Source of the DNA: an uncultured bacterium
GTDB lineage: Bacteria; Patescibacteriota; Microgenomatia; UBA1400; PJMF01
Direction: 5' to 3'
Assembly (NCBI GenBank): GCA_903959355.1
Contig: CAJBWJ010000058.1
Span: 1-37,755, forward strand
Length of the DNA: 37,755 bases
Part shown: piece by piece, positions 24,115 through 33,737 of the stretch
Layout of the letters: each line of letters begins with the position of its first letter
Position numbering within the stretch: position 1 is the first letter of the stretch
The notes under the pieces: model-generated
Databases searched by the model: none
What the model was told of the DNA's origin: nothing
Seen by the model: the letters and a program-made list of their open reading frames with translations, nothing else
Position numbers and translations under genes: made by a program

Positions 24115-27100
24115 ATGTCTAAGCAAGATTTCGTTCATCTACATGTCCACACCGAATATTCGATGTTGGATGGCCTTAGTAAACTTCCTGATTTAATTAA
24201 AAAAGTTAAAAGTCTGGGTCAGACAGCCATCGCTATTACCGATCATGGCAATATGCACGGCAACATCGCTTTTTATAATGAATGCAAAAAAGAAGGTGTT
24301 AAAGCTATTATTGGCACTGAGCTTTATGTAGCCAAAAATTCTCGTTTCGATAAACAAATTCGTATGGGCGCTGATCAATTTCATTTGACTCTTTTGGCTC
24401 AAAATTATGTTGGTTATAAGAATTTGATGAAAATGGTCACCATTGCTAATTTTGAAGGTTTTTCTTACAAGCCTCGTGTCGATGATGAAATCTTAGAAAA
24501 ATATAACGAAGGAGTAATTCTACTTAGTGGCTGTATGAGCAGCCAAGCTAATCGTCTGTTAATGGATAATAAAGATGAAAAAGCTTTAGAAATATTTAAA
24601 AAATACAAGAAAATTTTTAAAGATCGTTTTTACGTTGAAATTCAAAATCACCCACATATTCCTGAAGAAAAAATCTTACGCGAAAAATTAATCCAAATTG
24701 CTCGTCAACTAGATTTACCGCTCGTTGCTACCAATGACGCTCATTACTTAGAAGCAGCAGATGCTGAAGCTCAAGATGCTCTTTTATGCGTACAAACTCG
24801 CCGTCTTATTTCTGATGAAAAGAGAATGAAGATGATTGATAAGCCAGATTTTTATCTCAAATCCACTGAGGAAATGACTGAACTTTTTACAGATGTACCT
24901 GAAGCAATTGAAAACACTGTCAAAATTGCCAATAGCTGCGAACTTGAAATTCCAACCGGTAAATTAATTTTTCCAAGTTACGAACTGCCAAAAGGCGAGA
25001 CTTACGAGTCTTATTTACATAAATTAAGTTTCGAAGGCGCAAAGAAAAAATATGGTGAGATCACTCCAGAAGTTGAAAAACGTCTTGAATATGAAATTGG
25101 CATTATTAATGGTAAAGGCTATCCAGCTTACTTTTTAATCACTCAAGATTTTGTGAACTGGGCCAAAAATCAAGGTATTGCCGTAGGTCCAGGTAGAGGT
25201 AGTGCGGCTGGTTCCATTGTTTCTTATTCACTCAATATTACAACTCTTGATCCACTGGAGCACGGCTTGCCTTTTGAAAGATTTTTAAATCCAGAACGTC
25301 CAACACCTCCTGATATTGATATGGATTTTGCTGATATTAAGCGTGATGAAGTTATTAATTATGTGGCCAAAAAATATGGTGACGACCATGTGGCTGCGGT
25401 GATTACTTTTGGAAGAATGGAATCTAGAGTTGCCATTCGCGATATCGGTCGTGTGCTTGGCATGGCCTATGAAGATCCTGATCGCGTGGCCAAATTGATT
25501 CCAAATGAACCAGGCAAAAAAGTTTCCATTAAATCGGCTATCGAAACTATTCCTGAATTAGCTAGTCTTTATAAACAAGATAAATTTAAACGTCTGATGG
25601 ATTTAGCTTCCAAAGTGGAAGGTACGATTCGTCATTCTGGTATGCACGCCTGTGCCATTATCATCGCTGATAAGTCTCTAGATAATTACACTCCAATTCA
25701 AAAAGATTCTCGCTCCGGCAAAACACTCACTCAATTAGATATGTATTCGATGGACTGTAACATTGATGATAATGCCGTTGGTTTGTTGAAGTTTGATTTT
25801 TTAGGTTTACGCAATCTGTCTATCATTCAGGAAAGTTTGAAATTAATTAAAAAATATAAACACCAAGATATTGAAATCGACAAAATTCCAATTGATGATA
25901 AAAAAACTTTTGAACTTTTAGCTTCTGGTGAAACCACTGGTGTCTTCCAGCTCGAATCGGCTGGCATGCGTCGCGTAGCTAAGTCACTCAAACCTTCTGC
26001 TTTCTCAGATATTACTGCTATGGTGGCTCTGTATCGTCCTGGTCCAATGGATCTTATTCCGCGTTTCATCGAAGGCAAACACAATCCTGACTCAATTGAA
26101 TATCCTCACGACTCACTCAAACCATTTTTGAAAGAAACTTATGGCATCATGGTTTACCAAGAGCAGATCTTGGAAATTGTCCATTTTATGGCTGGTTACA
26201 CTATGGGTGAAGCAGATATGTTGCGTCGTGCCATTGGTAAGAAAAAGAAAAAAATCCTTGATAAAAATAAGAGTCGCTTTATCGAAGAATCAGTCAAAAA
26301 TGGTTATGAAAAAGCCACTGTTGAAAAGATTTGGGGTTTCATTGAAGCTTTTGCAAACTATGGTTTTAACAAAGCTCATGCGGCTTCTTACGCCATGATT
26401 GCTTATCAAACCGCTTGGCTTAAATCTAATTTTCCAGTCGAATACATGACTGCTTTGATGAGTGTGGAGTCAAATTCTCATGGCATGAATCGTGATGAAA
26501 AAATTTCCGTCGCCATTGAAAACTGTCGTAAAATGGGTATCAAAATTCTCGCTCCAGACATCAATCTTTCTGGTCAAGACTTTACCATTGAAGATGACAA
26601 TACTTCTAAAGAAAATATGGCTATTCGCTTTGGCCTAACCGCTATTAAGCATGTCGGCAAAGCTTCCATCGAAAATATTTTAGAAACTCGTCAAAAAGAA
26701 AAGAAATTCACTTCTTTTACTCATTTTATTCAATCTACAGATGGCCGCAAAGTTAACAAAACCACCTTAGAATGTTTGATTAAAGTCGGTGCTATGGATC
26801 GTTTTGCAACCAGAGCATCAATGCTCGAAAATTTAGAAAGTATCCGTCAAACTGCCAGTCAATTTCAATCAGAAGTAGACGGCCAAGATCATTTATTTGC
26901 CGATGTTGGTGAAAAAAGTACTGAAATTAAAGATAGCTTTCCAAAACTAAAAGAATATCCTGAAGCTGAGCTTCTATCTTTTGAAAAAGAATTACTTGGC
27001 TTATATCTAACTGATCATCCACTGGCTGATGCGCTTAATTTGGTCAATAAAAGATCTAACATGAGAATTGGCGAGCTTGATCCAGAATTCAGTCAAGATC

Positions 27101-27573
27101 AAGTCTTTTTGTTTGGTGGACTGCTTAGTCGCTTCAAAGAAATCATGACTAAAAAGGGCCAAAAAATGGCTTTTGCCACACTGGAAGATCAATCTGGCAA
27201 AGCTGAATTAATTATTTTCCCTCGTACTTATCAAGAGCTTGGTTTTCAATTGGAACAAGATCAGGTAGTTCTGGTACGCGGCAAAGTTCAACACGAAGAA
27301 GAAGAATTTAAAATTATTGCTGAAAAAATTATTATTCCAAAAGACGAAGAAGTAGAATTTTCTCGTGGTCAGGATTTTCAAGAAATCTTTGTGCCACGTA
27401 AAACTTCAGCAGAAACTCTCAAAAAACTTGGAGTTCTTTTAAAGTCCAATCTAGGTAATGAAAAAATTGTCATCGTCATTCCAAATGACACTAAAGCCGA
27501 AAGAATTGTGCTACCTTACAAAGTCAATTATGATGAAGTGTTGATAAAAAAAATTGAAGACATTTTGACTTAA
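24115..27573 (+). CDS. dnaE: DNA polymerase III alpha subunit
   Basis: PHP motifs HLHVH, TDH, TNDAHY; GPGRGSAAGS; PDIDMD; KFDFLGL; YGFNKAH; OB fold. ATG 24115 preferred to TTG 24106. No intein evident. Confidence 0.97.
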   Translation: MSKQDFVHLHVHTEYSMLDGLSKLPDLIKKVKSLGQTAIAITDHGNMHGNIAFYNECKKEGVKAIIGTELYVAKNSRFDKQIRMGADQFHLTLLAQNYVGYKNLMKMVTIANFEGFSYKPRVDDEILEKYNEGVILLSGCMSSQANRLLMDNKDEKALEIFKKYKKIFKDRFYVEIQNHPHIPEEKILREKLIQIARQLDLPLVATNDAHYLEAADAEAQDALLCVQTRRLISDEKRMKMIDKPDFYLKSTEEMTELFTDVPEAIENTVKIANSCELEIPTGKLIFPSYELPKGETYESYLHKLSFEGAKKKYGEITPEVEKRLEYEIGIINGKGYPAYFLITQDFVNWAKNQGIAVGPGRGSAAGSIVSYSLNITTLDPLEHGLPFERFLNPERPTPPDIDMDFADIKRDEVINYVAKKYGDDHVAAVITFGRMESRVAIRDIGRVLGMAYEDPDRVAKLIPNEPGKKVSIKSAIETIPELASLYKQDKFKRLMDLASKVEGTIRHSGMHACAIIIADKSLDNYTPIQKDSRSGKTLTQLDMYSMDCNIDDNAVGLLKFDFLGLRNLSIIQESLKLIKKYKHQDIEIDKIPIDDKKTFELLASGETTGVFQLESAGMRRVAKSLKPSAFSDITAMVALYRPGPMDLIPRFIEGKHNPDSIEYPHDSLKPFLKETYGIMVYQEQILEIVHFMAGYTMGEADMLRRAIGKKKKKILDKNKSRFIEESVKNGYEKATVEKIWGFIEAFANYGFNKAHAASYAMIAYQTAWLKSNFPVEYMTALMSVESNSHGMNRDEKISVAIENCRKMGIKILAPDINLSGQDFTIEDDNTSKENMAIRFGLTAIKHVGKASIENILETRQKEKKFTSFTHFIQSTDGRKVNKTTLECLIKVGAMDRFATRASMLENLESIRQTASQFQSEVDGQDHLFADVGEKSTEIKDSFPKLKEYPEAELLSFEKELLGLYLTDHPLADALNLVNKRSNMRIGELDPEFSQDQVFLFGGLLSRFKEIMTKKGQKMAFATLEDQSGKAELIIFPRTYQELGFQLEQDQVVLVRGKVQHEEEEFKIIAEKIIIPKDEEVEFSRGQDFQEIFVPRKTSAETLKKLGVLLKSNLGNEKIVIVIPNDTKAERIVLPYKVNYDEVLIKKIEDILT

Positions 27574-27599
27574 AAACTGAAGTTTGTAAATAAATTTTT

Positions 27600-28451
27600 A
27601 TGCCTGCCAACTATCAATCCATCAGTAAAGCTGCTTGGCAAATTCGCCGCGATCTTCTAACCATGATTTATGAAGCACAAAGTGGCCATCCTGCTAGTTC
27701 CTTAGGCATGGCAGATATTTTTGCAGCACTTTTTATTGGCAAAATTTTACGTCACGACTGCAAAAGACCAGACTGGGATAAAAGAGATTATTTTTTTCTA
27801 AGCAACGGTCACATTAGTCCAGTTTTTTACGCAACTTTGGCTCGTGATGGTTATTTTCCAAAAGAAGAACTTAAAACTTTTCGTCAAATTAATTCTCGTT
27901 TGCAGGGACATCCGCATTTTGCTTCTGATCCTAAAGAAAAATTGCCTGGTATAGAAAACAGCTCTGGCCCTCTAGGCCAAGGCTTGTCACAAGCTGCTGG
28001 TATGGCAATTGCATTAAAAATGGAGCAAAAAAGTAATAAAGTTTTCTGCATGATGAGCGATGGAGAACAACAAGAAGGACAAATTTGGGAAGCTTATCAA
28101 TTTATTACTCATCATCATTTAAACAATTTAATCAGTATTATTGATTGTAATAATATTCAAATTTCTGGCACAATCAAAAAAACATTGTCTCTTGGAAATT
28201 TAAAACTTAAATTAATGAGTTTTGGTTTTAAAGTTTTAGAACTAAATGCTCATGATTTAACCGATATTTTTGACAAATTAGAATCAGCAAAAAATGAATC
28301 TAAACAACCAGTAATAATTTTGGCAAATAGCATTCCTGGCAAAGGCGTCTCCTTCATGGAAAATGATTATAAATGGCATGGAAAAGCTCCAAGTGAAAGT
28401 GAATTCCATCAAGCCATTAATGAATTAAATATCAAGGAAAAAGAGCTGTGA
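27600..28451 (+). CDS. Transketolase, N-terminal subunit
   Basis: SGHPASSL, RDYFFLSNGH, LQGHP, GPLGQG, TPP motif SDGEQQEG...NN, WHGKAP. Confidence 0.93.
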   Translation: MPANYQSISKAAWQIRRDLLTMIYEAQSGHPASSLGMADIFAALFIGKILRHDCKRPDWDKRDYFFLSNGHISPVFYATLARDGYFPKEELKTFRQINSRLQGHPHFASDPKEKLPGIENSSGPLGQGLSQAAGMAIALKMEQKSNKVFCMMSDGEQQEGQIWEAYQFITHHHLNNLISIIDCNNIQISGTIKKTLSLGNLKLKLMSFGFKVLELNAHDLTDIFDKLESAKNESKQPVIILANSIPGKGVSFMENDYKWHGKAPSESEFHQAINELNIKEKEL

Positions 28452-29428
28452 ATAACGAAGAATTAGCTACAAGAGATGGATTTGGTAAAGCCATATTTGA
28501 GCTTGGTCAAAGCAATGAGCAAATAGTGGTTTTATGTGCTGATCTAAGTGAATCAATAAAATTAAATAAATTCAAAGAAAACTTTCCAGATCGTTTCATA
28601 GAATGTGGCGTGGCTGAACAAAATATGATGGGAGTGGGAGCTGGTCTTGCACTAGCCGGAAAAATTCCTTTTATTGCTAGTTTTGCTGTTTTTAATCCAG
28701 GTCGTAATTTAGATCAACTAAGATTAGCTGTTTACAGTGGTTTAAATATTAAAGTTATTGGGGCTCACGCAGGACTCAGTACTGGCGAAGATGGCGCCAC
28801 TCATCAAGCTTTAGAAGATTTAGGAATCGCTTGCGCTTTGCCAAAAATGACTGTCATCGTTCCTGCTGACAGCGAACAAGCTGAAATCTTAACCAAGCAA
28901 ATTGCTGTTCATAATGGACCATGCTATTTGCGACTTGGTAGAAAAAAATTGGCAGCAATTAGTAGCTTCGTTCATCTACCAGAAACAAAAATTGGTAAAG
29001 CTCAAATTTTAAAAGAAGGTAAAGATTTAAGTATTTTTGCCTGTGGCTTAATGGTTCAAGAAGCTCTTAAGGCTGCTAACGAATTAGAAAAAATGGGTTT
29101 ACATGTAGAAGTCATTAATTTGCACACCCTCAAACCTCTTGATGAGGAAAGCATTATTAAGAGTATTGCTAAAACTGGAGCAGCTATTGTCGCCAGTGAA
29201 CATGAAATTAATTCTGGCTTAAATAGTCTGGTTATTCAAACCATTGCCAAAGCAGCTGGCAATCAATTACAAAAACCAATCGCCGTCGAAAGTATAGGTA
29301 TGGAAAATACTTTTGGTGAATCAGGTAAAGATGAAGAACTACTTCGCAAATATGGCTTAGATTATTTAGGTATAATCAAAAAAATAAAATTAGTTTTAGA
29401 GAAAAAGAAAAAAATTGAATATCTTTAA
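28448..29428 (+). CDS. Transketolase, C-terminal subunit
   Basis: ADL, ECGVAEQNM, GEDGATHQ, YLRLGR, LKPLD, EH, FGESG; 4-bp overlap with the N-terminal subunit gene. Confidence 0.93.
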   Translation: MNNEELATRDGFGKAIFELGQSNEQIVVLCADLSESIKLNKFKENFPDRFIECGVAEQNMMGVGAGLALAGKIPFIASFAVFNPGRNLDQLRLAVYSGLNIKVIGAHAGLSTGEDGATHQALEDLGIACALPKMTVIVPADSEQAEILTKQIAVHNGPCYLRLGRKKLAAISSFVHLPETKIGKAQILKEGKDLSIFACGLMVQEALKAANELEKMGLHVEVINLHTLKPLDEESIIKSIAKTGAAIVASEHEINSGLNSLVIQTIAKAAGNQLQKPIAVESIGMENTFGESGKDEELLRKYGLDYLGIIKKIKLVLEKKKKIEYL

Positions 29429-29772
29429 ACAGGAAAAGATGGAATTTCCTCTTCAGTAAGTTCTTGAATAAATTTAGCAAGAAATACGTATTTTGTTGCT
29501 AAATCCAAATAATTTTTTTCCAATTCTGATTTCTCAGCAGCATCTGAAAGAATTGCTATAAATTTTAAAACTTTTTGGACTATTTCTTTTCCAGGTTTAT
29601 TATCATCACCAAATTTAGCTAATATAATTTCCCTCTGAATCTCAGAAAATTTTTCATCAAGCTCTTTAATAATAAAAAGAACTTCTTCTTCAGAAAGTTT
29701 TTCCTCCTCTTTTACTTGATCATCGTTCGCATCAGGTTTAACTTCTTCTGTTAATATCATGAAGTCTTTCAC
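29425..29772 (-). CDS. Hypothetical acidic helical protein (111-115 aa)
   Basis: ORF fills the gap after mutM; preceded by TG-G-TATATT (29797-29789). Start is GTG 29772 or ATG 29760. Confidence 0.6.
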   Translation of the reverse strand: MKDFMILTEEVKPDANDDQVKEEEKLSEEEVLFIIKELDEKFSEIQREIILAKFGDDNKPGKEIVQKVLKFIAILSDAAEKSELEKNYLDLATKYVFLAKFIQELTEEEIPSFPV

Positions 29773-29808
29773 TAACTTGTACTAAATAAATATACCATTT
29801 AAAAAAAA

Positions 29809-30672
29809 TTAAATAGATTGGCAAACTGGGCAGAAAAAAGTTCCACGACCACCTTGTTTAATTTTTGAAATTTTAGCTCCACATTTTAAACATGGCTTAG
29901 CATCACGACCATAAACTTTGAGTTCATTTTGAAAACCACCGGCAAAGCCGTCCACGCCGACATATTTACCATCAAAAGTTGTACCACCGAGTTCCGTAGA
30001 GCGCTCAATAATTTCTTGCATTGCCTTTAGTAATTTAGCCATTTCTTTTTTATTAATTTCTTTGGCGCTTTTTGTCGGATTAATGCCAACCATAAACAAT
30101 GATTCGCTGGCATAAATATTACCAACTCCACAAATAACCGCGTTATCCATAATAAATTGTTTGATCGGAATTTGGCGTTTTTTGGCAGCGCTAAGTAAAT
30201 AATCAACAGTTAAACCAGGATCATTAATGTCTGGACCATATTTGGTAAATTCTTTATAAACATCTTCTTTGAGGGGCGAGCGAATCCAACCGAAGACACG
30301 CATGTCGTTAAAAAAGAGACGCGAGCCGTCAGTAAAACTAAAAATTACTCGAGTATGTTTGGCCGGCAGATTATTAACCCAATCAGCTGAGGGATGACCG
30401 CCGCCAGCTCTTTGACCGTCAGTATCAATAAAAATTAATTGACCAGTCATCTTCAAATGAATTAAGAAATCGCGTTTGCCACTTAAAACAATTTGTAAAA
30501 TTTTGGCTCGACGTTTAACTTCTAAAACGGTTTGCTCCAAAATTTCAGCTCCAATAGTAGGGAAGGCTAAAAAACTTTTCTCACGCAAAACTTCAATCGT
30601 TTTAATTTGGCGATCTTGCAAAACCACATTGAGTTTGCGACGAATGGACTCAACTTCTGGAAGTTCTGGCAT
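29809..30672 (-). CDS. mutM: Formamidopyrimidine-DNA glycosylase
   Basis: MPELPEVE, RRAK, HLKMTG, GVGNIYASE, C4 zinc finger CLKC...CPVCQ. Confidence 0.97.
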   Translation of the reverse strand: MPELPEVESIRRKLNVVLQDRQIKTIEVLREKSFLAFPTIGAEILEQTVLEVKRRAKILQIVLSGKRDFLIHLKMTGQLIFIDTDGQRAGGGHPSADWVNNLPAKHTRVIFSFTDGSRLFFNDMRVFGWIRSPLKEDVYKEFTKYGPDINDPGLTVDYLLSAAKKRQIPIKQFIMDNAVICGVGNIYASESLFMVGINPTKSAKEINKKEMAKLLKAMQEIIERSTELGGTTFDGKYVGVDGFAGGFQNELKVYGRDAKPCLKCGAKISKIKQGGRGTFFCPVCQSI

Positions 30673-30681
30673 AGTATTTAG

Positions 30682-33600
30682 CTAAGCTTGGTGAGATGGA
30701 GAATTAATTAATCCACATTTCTTATACTTTAGTCCAGATCCACAAGGACATAAATCATTGCGACCTACTTTAGCATATTTATCAGTTGACTGATTTAAAT
30801 TCCTACCAACATTGCTAGAAGAACCACCACCCATTTTGCCAAGAGCTGCTGCGAGATCGCTGGTTTTGCCAGAGCCACCATTGCCTCTATTAGAATTGCC
30901 ACTGCCTGCATTCTCTTGACGACGCTCAACTTGGACAGCCTGGCCTAAACTAGGAGTCGATTCAGAAGGAGCTTGCAAATTAATTTTCTCTGGCATGGTT
31001 GATCTTTGCATCATTGGCTGAACGCGGAAAATACGCGCTGCAATGGTACTTTCAACACCAGCAATCAAATCTTCAAACATAATGAAAGCTTCTTTTTTAT
31101 ATTCAGCTAGCACAGTGTTTTTGTCACCGCGCAACCAAATACCTTCACGCAAATCTTCTACAGCGTCCAAATGATCCATCCACTTTTCATCAATGGTAGA
31201 AAGAACAACATATTTTTCTAACTCACGCATAATCGCTTCACCAAGACTTTTTTCTCTAGATTCATAAGTTTTATTAATGATGTCCATTAATTCTTCGCTG
31301 ATTTCTTCAGTATTGGATAATTTACTAAGCTTAGTAGCCAATCTAGTCTGAGAAGCATCATCAAAAGGAATAATTCTGACAAATTCTTTGCTAATAGCAT
31401 CAAATTCTTCTTGTGTAAATTTCTCAGGAGCTCGAAGTGTTACCAAGCCAGTGATTTCATTACTTAGATAGTCCATGATTTGATCCTTGAGAGTGATCTT
31501 TTTGCCTGCCTCATCGACCATAACCGTTGCCAATTTATCATCAGAGCCTTTATTTGATTTAACTTCAACAGTGCCAGCTTCAAGTAAACGGCGGCGGCGT
31601 TTGTAGATAATTTCGCGATGCTTATTCATGACATCATCAAATTCAACCAAGCGCTTACGTTGATCAAAAAAGAAAGTTTCTACTTTGACTTGGGCTGATT
31701 CAATAGCTTTACTAACCATTGGGTTTTCGATGGCTTGATCTTCATCAATCTTCAAGAAATCCATGACTTTGGCAATTTGCTCACCACCAAAAATACGCAT
31801 AATCTCATCATCAAGAGCAACAAAAAATTGTGAAGTACCAGGATCACCTTGACGACCAGAACGACCACGGAGCTGATTATCTATACGGCGAGATTCATGA
31901 CGTTCAGTGGCGACAATGGCCAAACCACCGACAGAAACCACATCATCATGATCAGCTTGCCATTTTTCGAGAGCAGTAGCGTAAGCGTCTAAATCGTAGT
32001 TAGCAGGATTAATAGAAGTTGGCAAACCAAGTTTTTCATATTTTTTGGCTAAGACTACACGCTTTTTAGAACGTTCTTCTTTTAAGAAATCCTTTAGTTC
32101 TGGCTTAGCACCACCGAGAACAATATCCACACCACGACCAGCAATATTGGTAGCCACGGTAATGGCACCTCTTCGCCCTGCATCAGCAATGATAAAAGCT
32201 TCTTTTTCATGATTTTTAGCATTAAGCACTTGATGAGTAATATTTTTACGCTTGAGAAAATTAGCCACAATTTGGTTATGTTCAATTGAACGAGTACCAA
32301 TCAAAACTGGACGGCCAGCGGCGTGAATTTCTTCTACAGCTTTAACAATTGAGGAATATTTGGCAGCAGTATTTTTGTAAACCTGATCTGGCAAATCTTG
32401 ACGAACCACTGGCTGATTAGTAGGAATAGCCAAAACATCGACATGATAAATTTGGTTAAATTCTTCAGCTTCAGTCAGTGCTGTTCCAGTCATACCAGAG
32501 AGTTTTTGGTACATACGGAAATAGTTCTGCAAAGAAACAGTGGCTAGAGTACGAGATTCTTGTTGAATCGGCACTCCTTCTTTAGCTTCAATGGCTTGGT
32601 GCAGACCATCACTGTAACGACGACCAAACATCAAACGACCAGTGTGCTCATCGACGATGACCACTTGATTGTCTTTGACAATATATTCTTTGTCGCGACG
32701 ATAAAGAGTTGAAGCTTTAAGGGATGATTCGACGTGATGAATAGTATCAAAACTTTCTTCGTAAAGATTTTTAACACCCAATTTAGCCTCAATACGCTTG
32801 ACGCCTAAATCGGTGAGAGTAGCAGTTTTGGACTTTTCATCTAATTTAAAATCTTGATCGATGACCAAAGAGCGAACCATCTTGGCATATTCAAAATATT
32901 TATCAGTTGGTTCACTGTCAGGAGCAGAAATGATCAGAGGCGTACGAGCTTCATCAATCAAAATAGAGTCAGCCTCGTCAACAATAGCAAAATAATGAGG
33001 CATGCTTTGACGCTGGACCATTTGATCCAAACTCTGAACCATATTGTCGCGCAAATAATCAAAACCAAATTCATTATTGGTACCATAAGTAATATCGGCT
33101 AAATATGCATCCTGACGAGCAATTTCTTCAAAATGTTCGAGACGCTCGTCGCCACGCTCCTCGCTATCAATATTAGGATTATAAAGACGAGCATGATCGT
33201 GAACGATAACAGCAGCTTTCAAACCCAAGAAATGATAAAGCGGACCCATCCAACCAAGACCAATTTCTGAAAGATAATCGTTAACGGTAATCAGCTGTAC
33301 ACTTTTACCTAGCAAAGCATTGAGATAGAGCGGACAGGTAACAGTGAGAGTTTTACCTTCACCAGTTTTTTGCTCAGTAATATTACCATCATTAAGCGCT
33401 ACACCAGCCAAAAGCTGGACGTCAAAATGACGCATACCGAGAATACGACGAGAGGCTTCGCGCACAGTGGCGTAGGCTTCTGGCAAAATTTCATTAAGGA
33501 CAGCTTGTTCTTTTTCTTTGAGATTTTCTGCACTTACATTAGCTACGGCTTCAGAAATAATGGTTTTAAATTTATCAGTTTGAGCGGCTAAATCAGCATC

Positions 33601-33711
33601 ACTTAATTCCTGCATGGCAGGCTCAAAAGCATTGATTTGATCAACCACTAGCTGGTATTTTTTAATTTTCTTGGCTTCTTCATCAAATAAATTCTTAAAA
33701 AATTTAAACAT
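30682..33711 (-). CDS. secA: Preprotein translocase ATPase SecA
   Basis: KTGEGKT, TVNDYL, DEADSILIDEARTPLIIS, TNIAGRGVDI, RIDNQLRGRSGRQGD, C-terminal GRNDLCPCGSG. Confidence 0.98.
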   Translation of the reverse strand: MFKFFKNLFDEEAKKIKKYQLVVDQINAFEPAMQELSDADLAAQTDKFKTIISEAVANVSAENLKEKEQAVLNEILPEAYATVREASRRILGMRHFDVQLLAGVALNDGNITEQKTGEGKTLTVTCPLYLNALLGKSVQLITVNDYLSEIGLGWMGPLYHFLGLKAAVIVHDHARLYNPNIDSEERGDERLEHFEEIARQDAYLADITYGTNNEFGFDYLRDNMVQSLDQMVQRQSMPHYFAIVDEADSILIDEARTPLIISAPDSEPTDKYFEYAKMVRSLVIDQDFKLDEKSKTATLTDLGVKRIEAKLGVKNLYEESFDTIHHVESSLKASTLYRRDKEYIVKDNQVVIVDEHTGRLMFGRRYSDGLHQAIEAKEGVPIQQESRTLATVSLQNYFRMYQKLSGMTGTALTEAEEFNQIYHVDVLAIPTNQPVVRQDLPDQVYKNTAAKYSSIVKAVEEIHAAGRPVLIGTRSIEHNQIVANFLKRKNITHQVLNAKNHEKEAFIIADAGRRGAITVATNIAGRGVDIVLGGAKPELKDFLKEERSKKRVVLAKKYEKLGLPTSINPANYDLDAYATALEKWQADHDDVVSVGGLAIVATERHESRRIDNQLRGRSGRQGDPGTSQFFVALDDEIMRIFGGEQIAKVMDFLKIDEDQAIENPMVSKAIESAQVKVETFFFDQRKRLVEFDDVMNKHREIIYKRRRRLLEAGTVEVKSNKGSDDKLATVMVDEAGKKITLKDQIMDYLSNEITGLVTLRAPEKFTQEEFDAISKEFVRIIPFDDASQTRLATKLSKLSNTEEISEELMDIINKTYESREKSLGEAIMRELEKYVVLSTIDEKWMDHLDAVEDLREGIWLRGDKNTVLAEYKKEAFIMFEDLIAGVESTIAARIFRVQPMMQRSTMPEKINLQAPSESTPSLGQAVQVERRQENAGSGNSNRGNGGSGKTSDLAAALGKMGGGSSSNVGRNLNQSTDKYAKVGRNDLCPCGSGLKYKKCGLINSPSHQA

Positions 33712-33737
33712 AGGATCCTACTTATATCATTTATTTT

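Noticed and set aside
27600-29428. Split transketolase as a frameshifted pseudogene
   Set aside because: Two-subunit transketolases are a known family; both halves have intact motifs and a coupled GTGA start/stop overlap.
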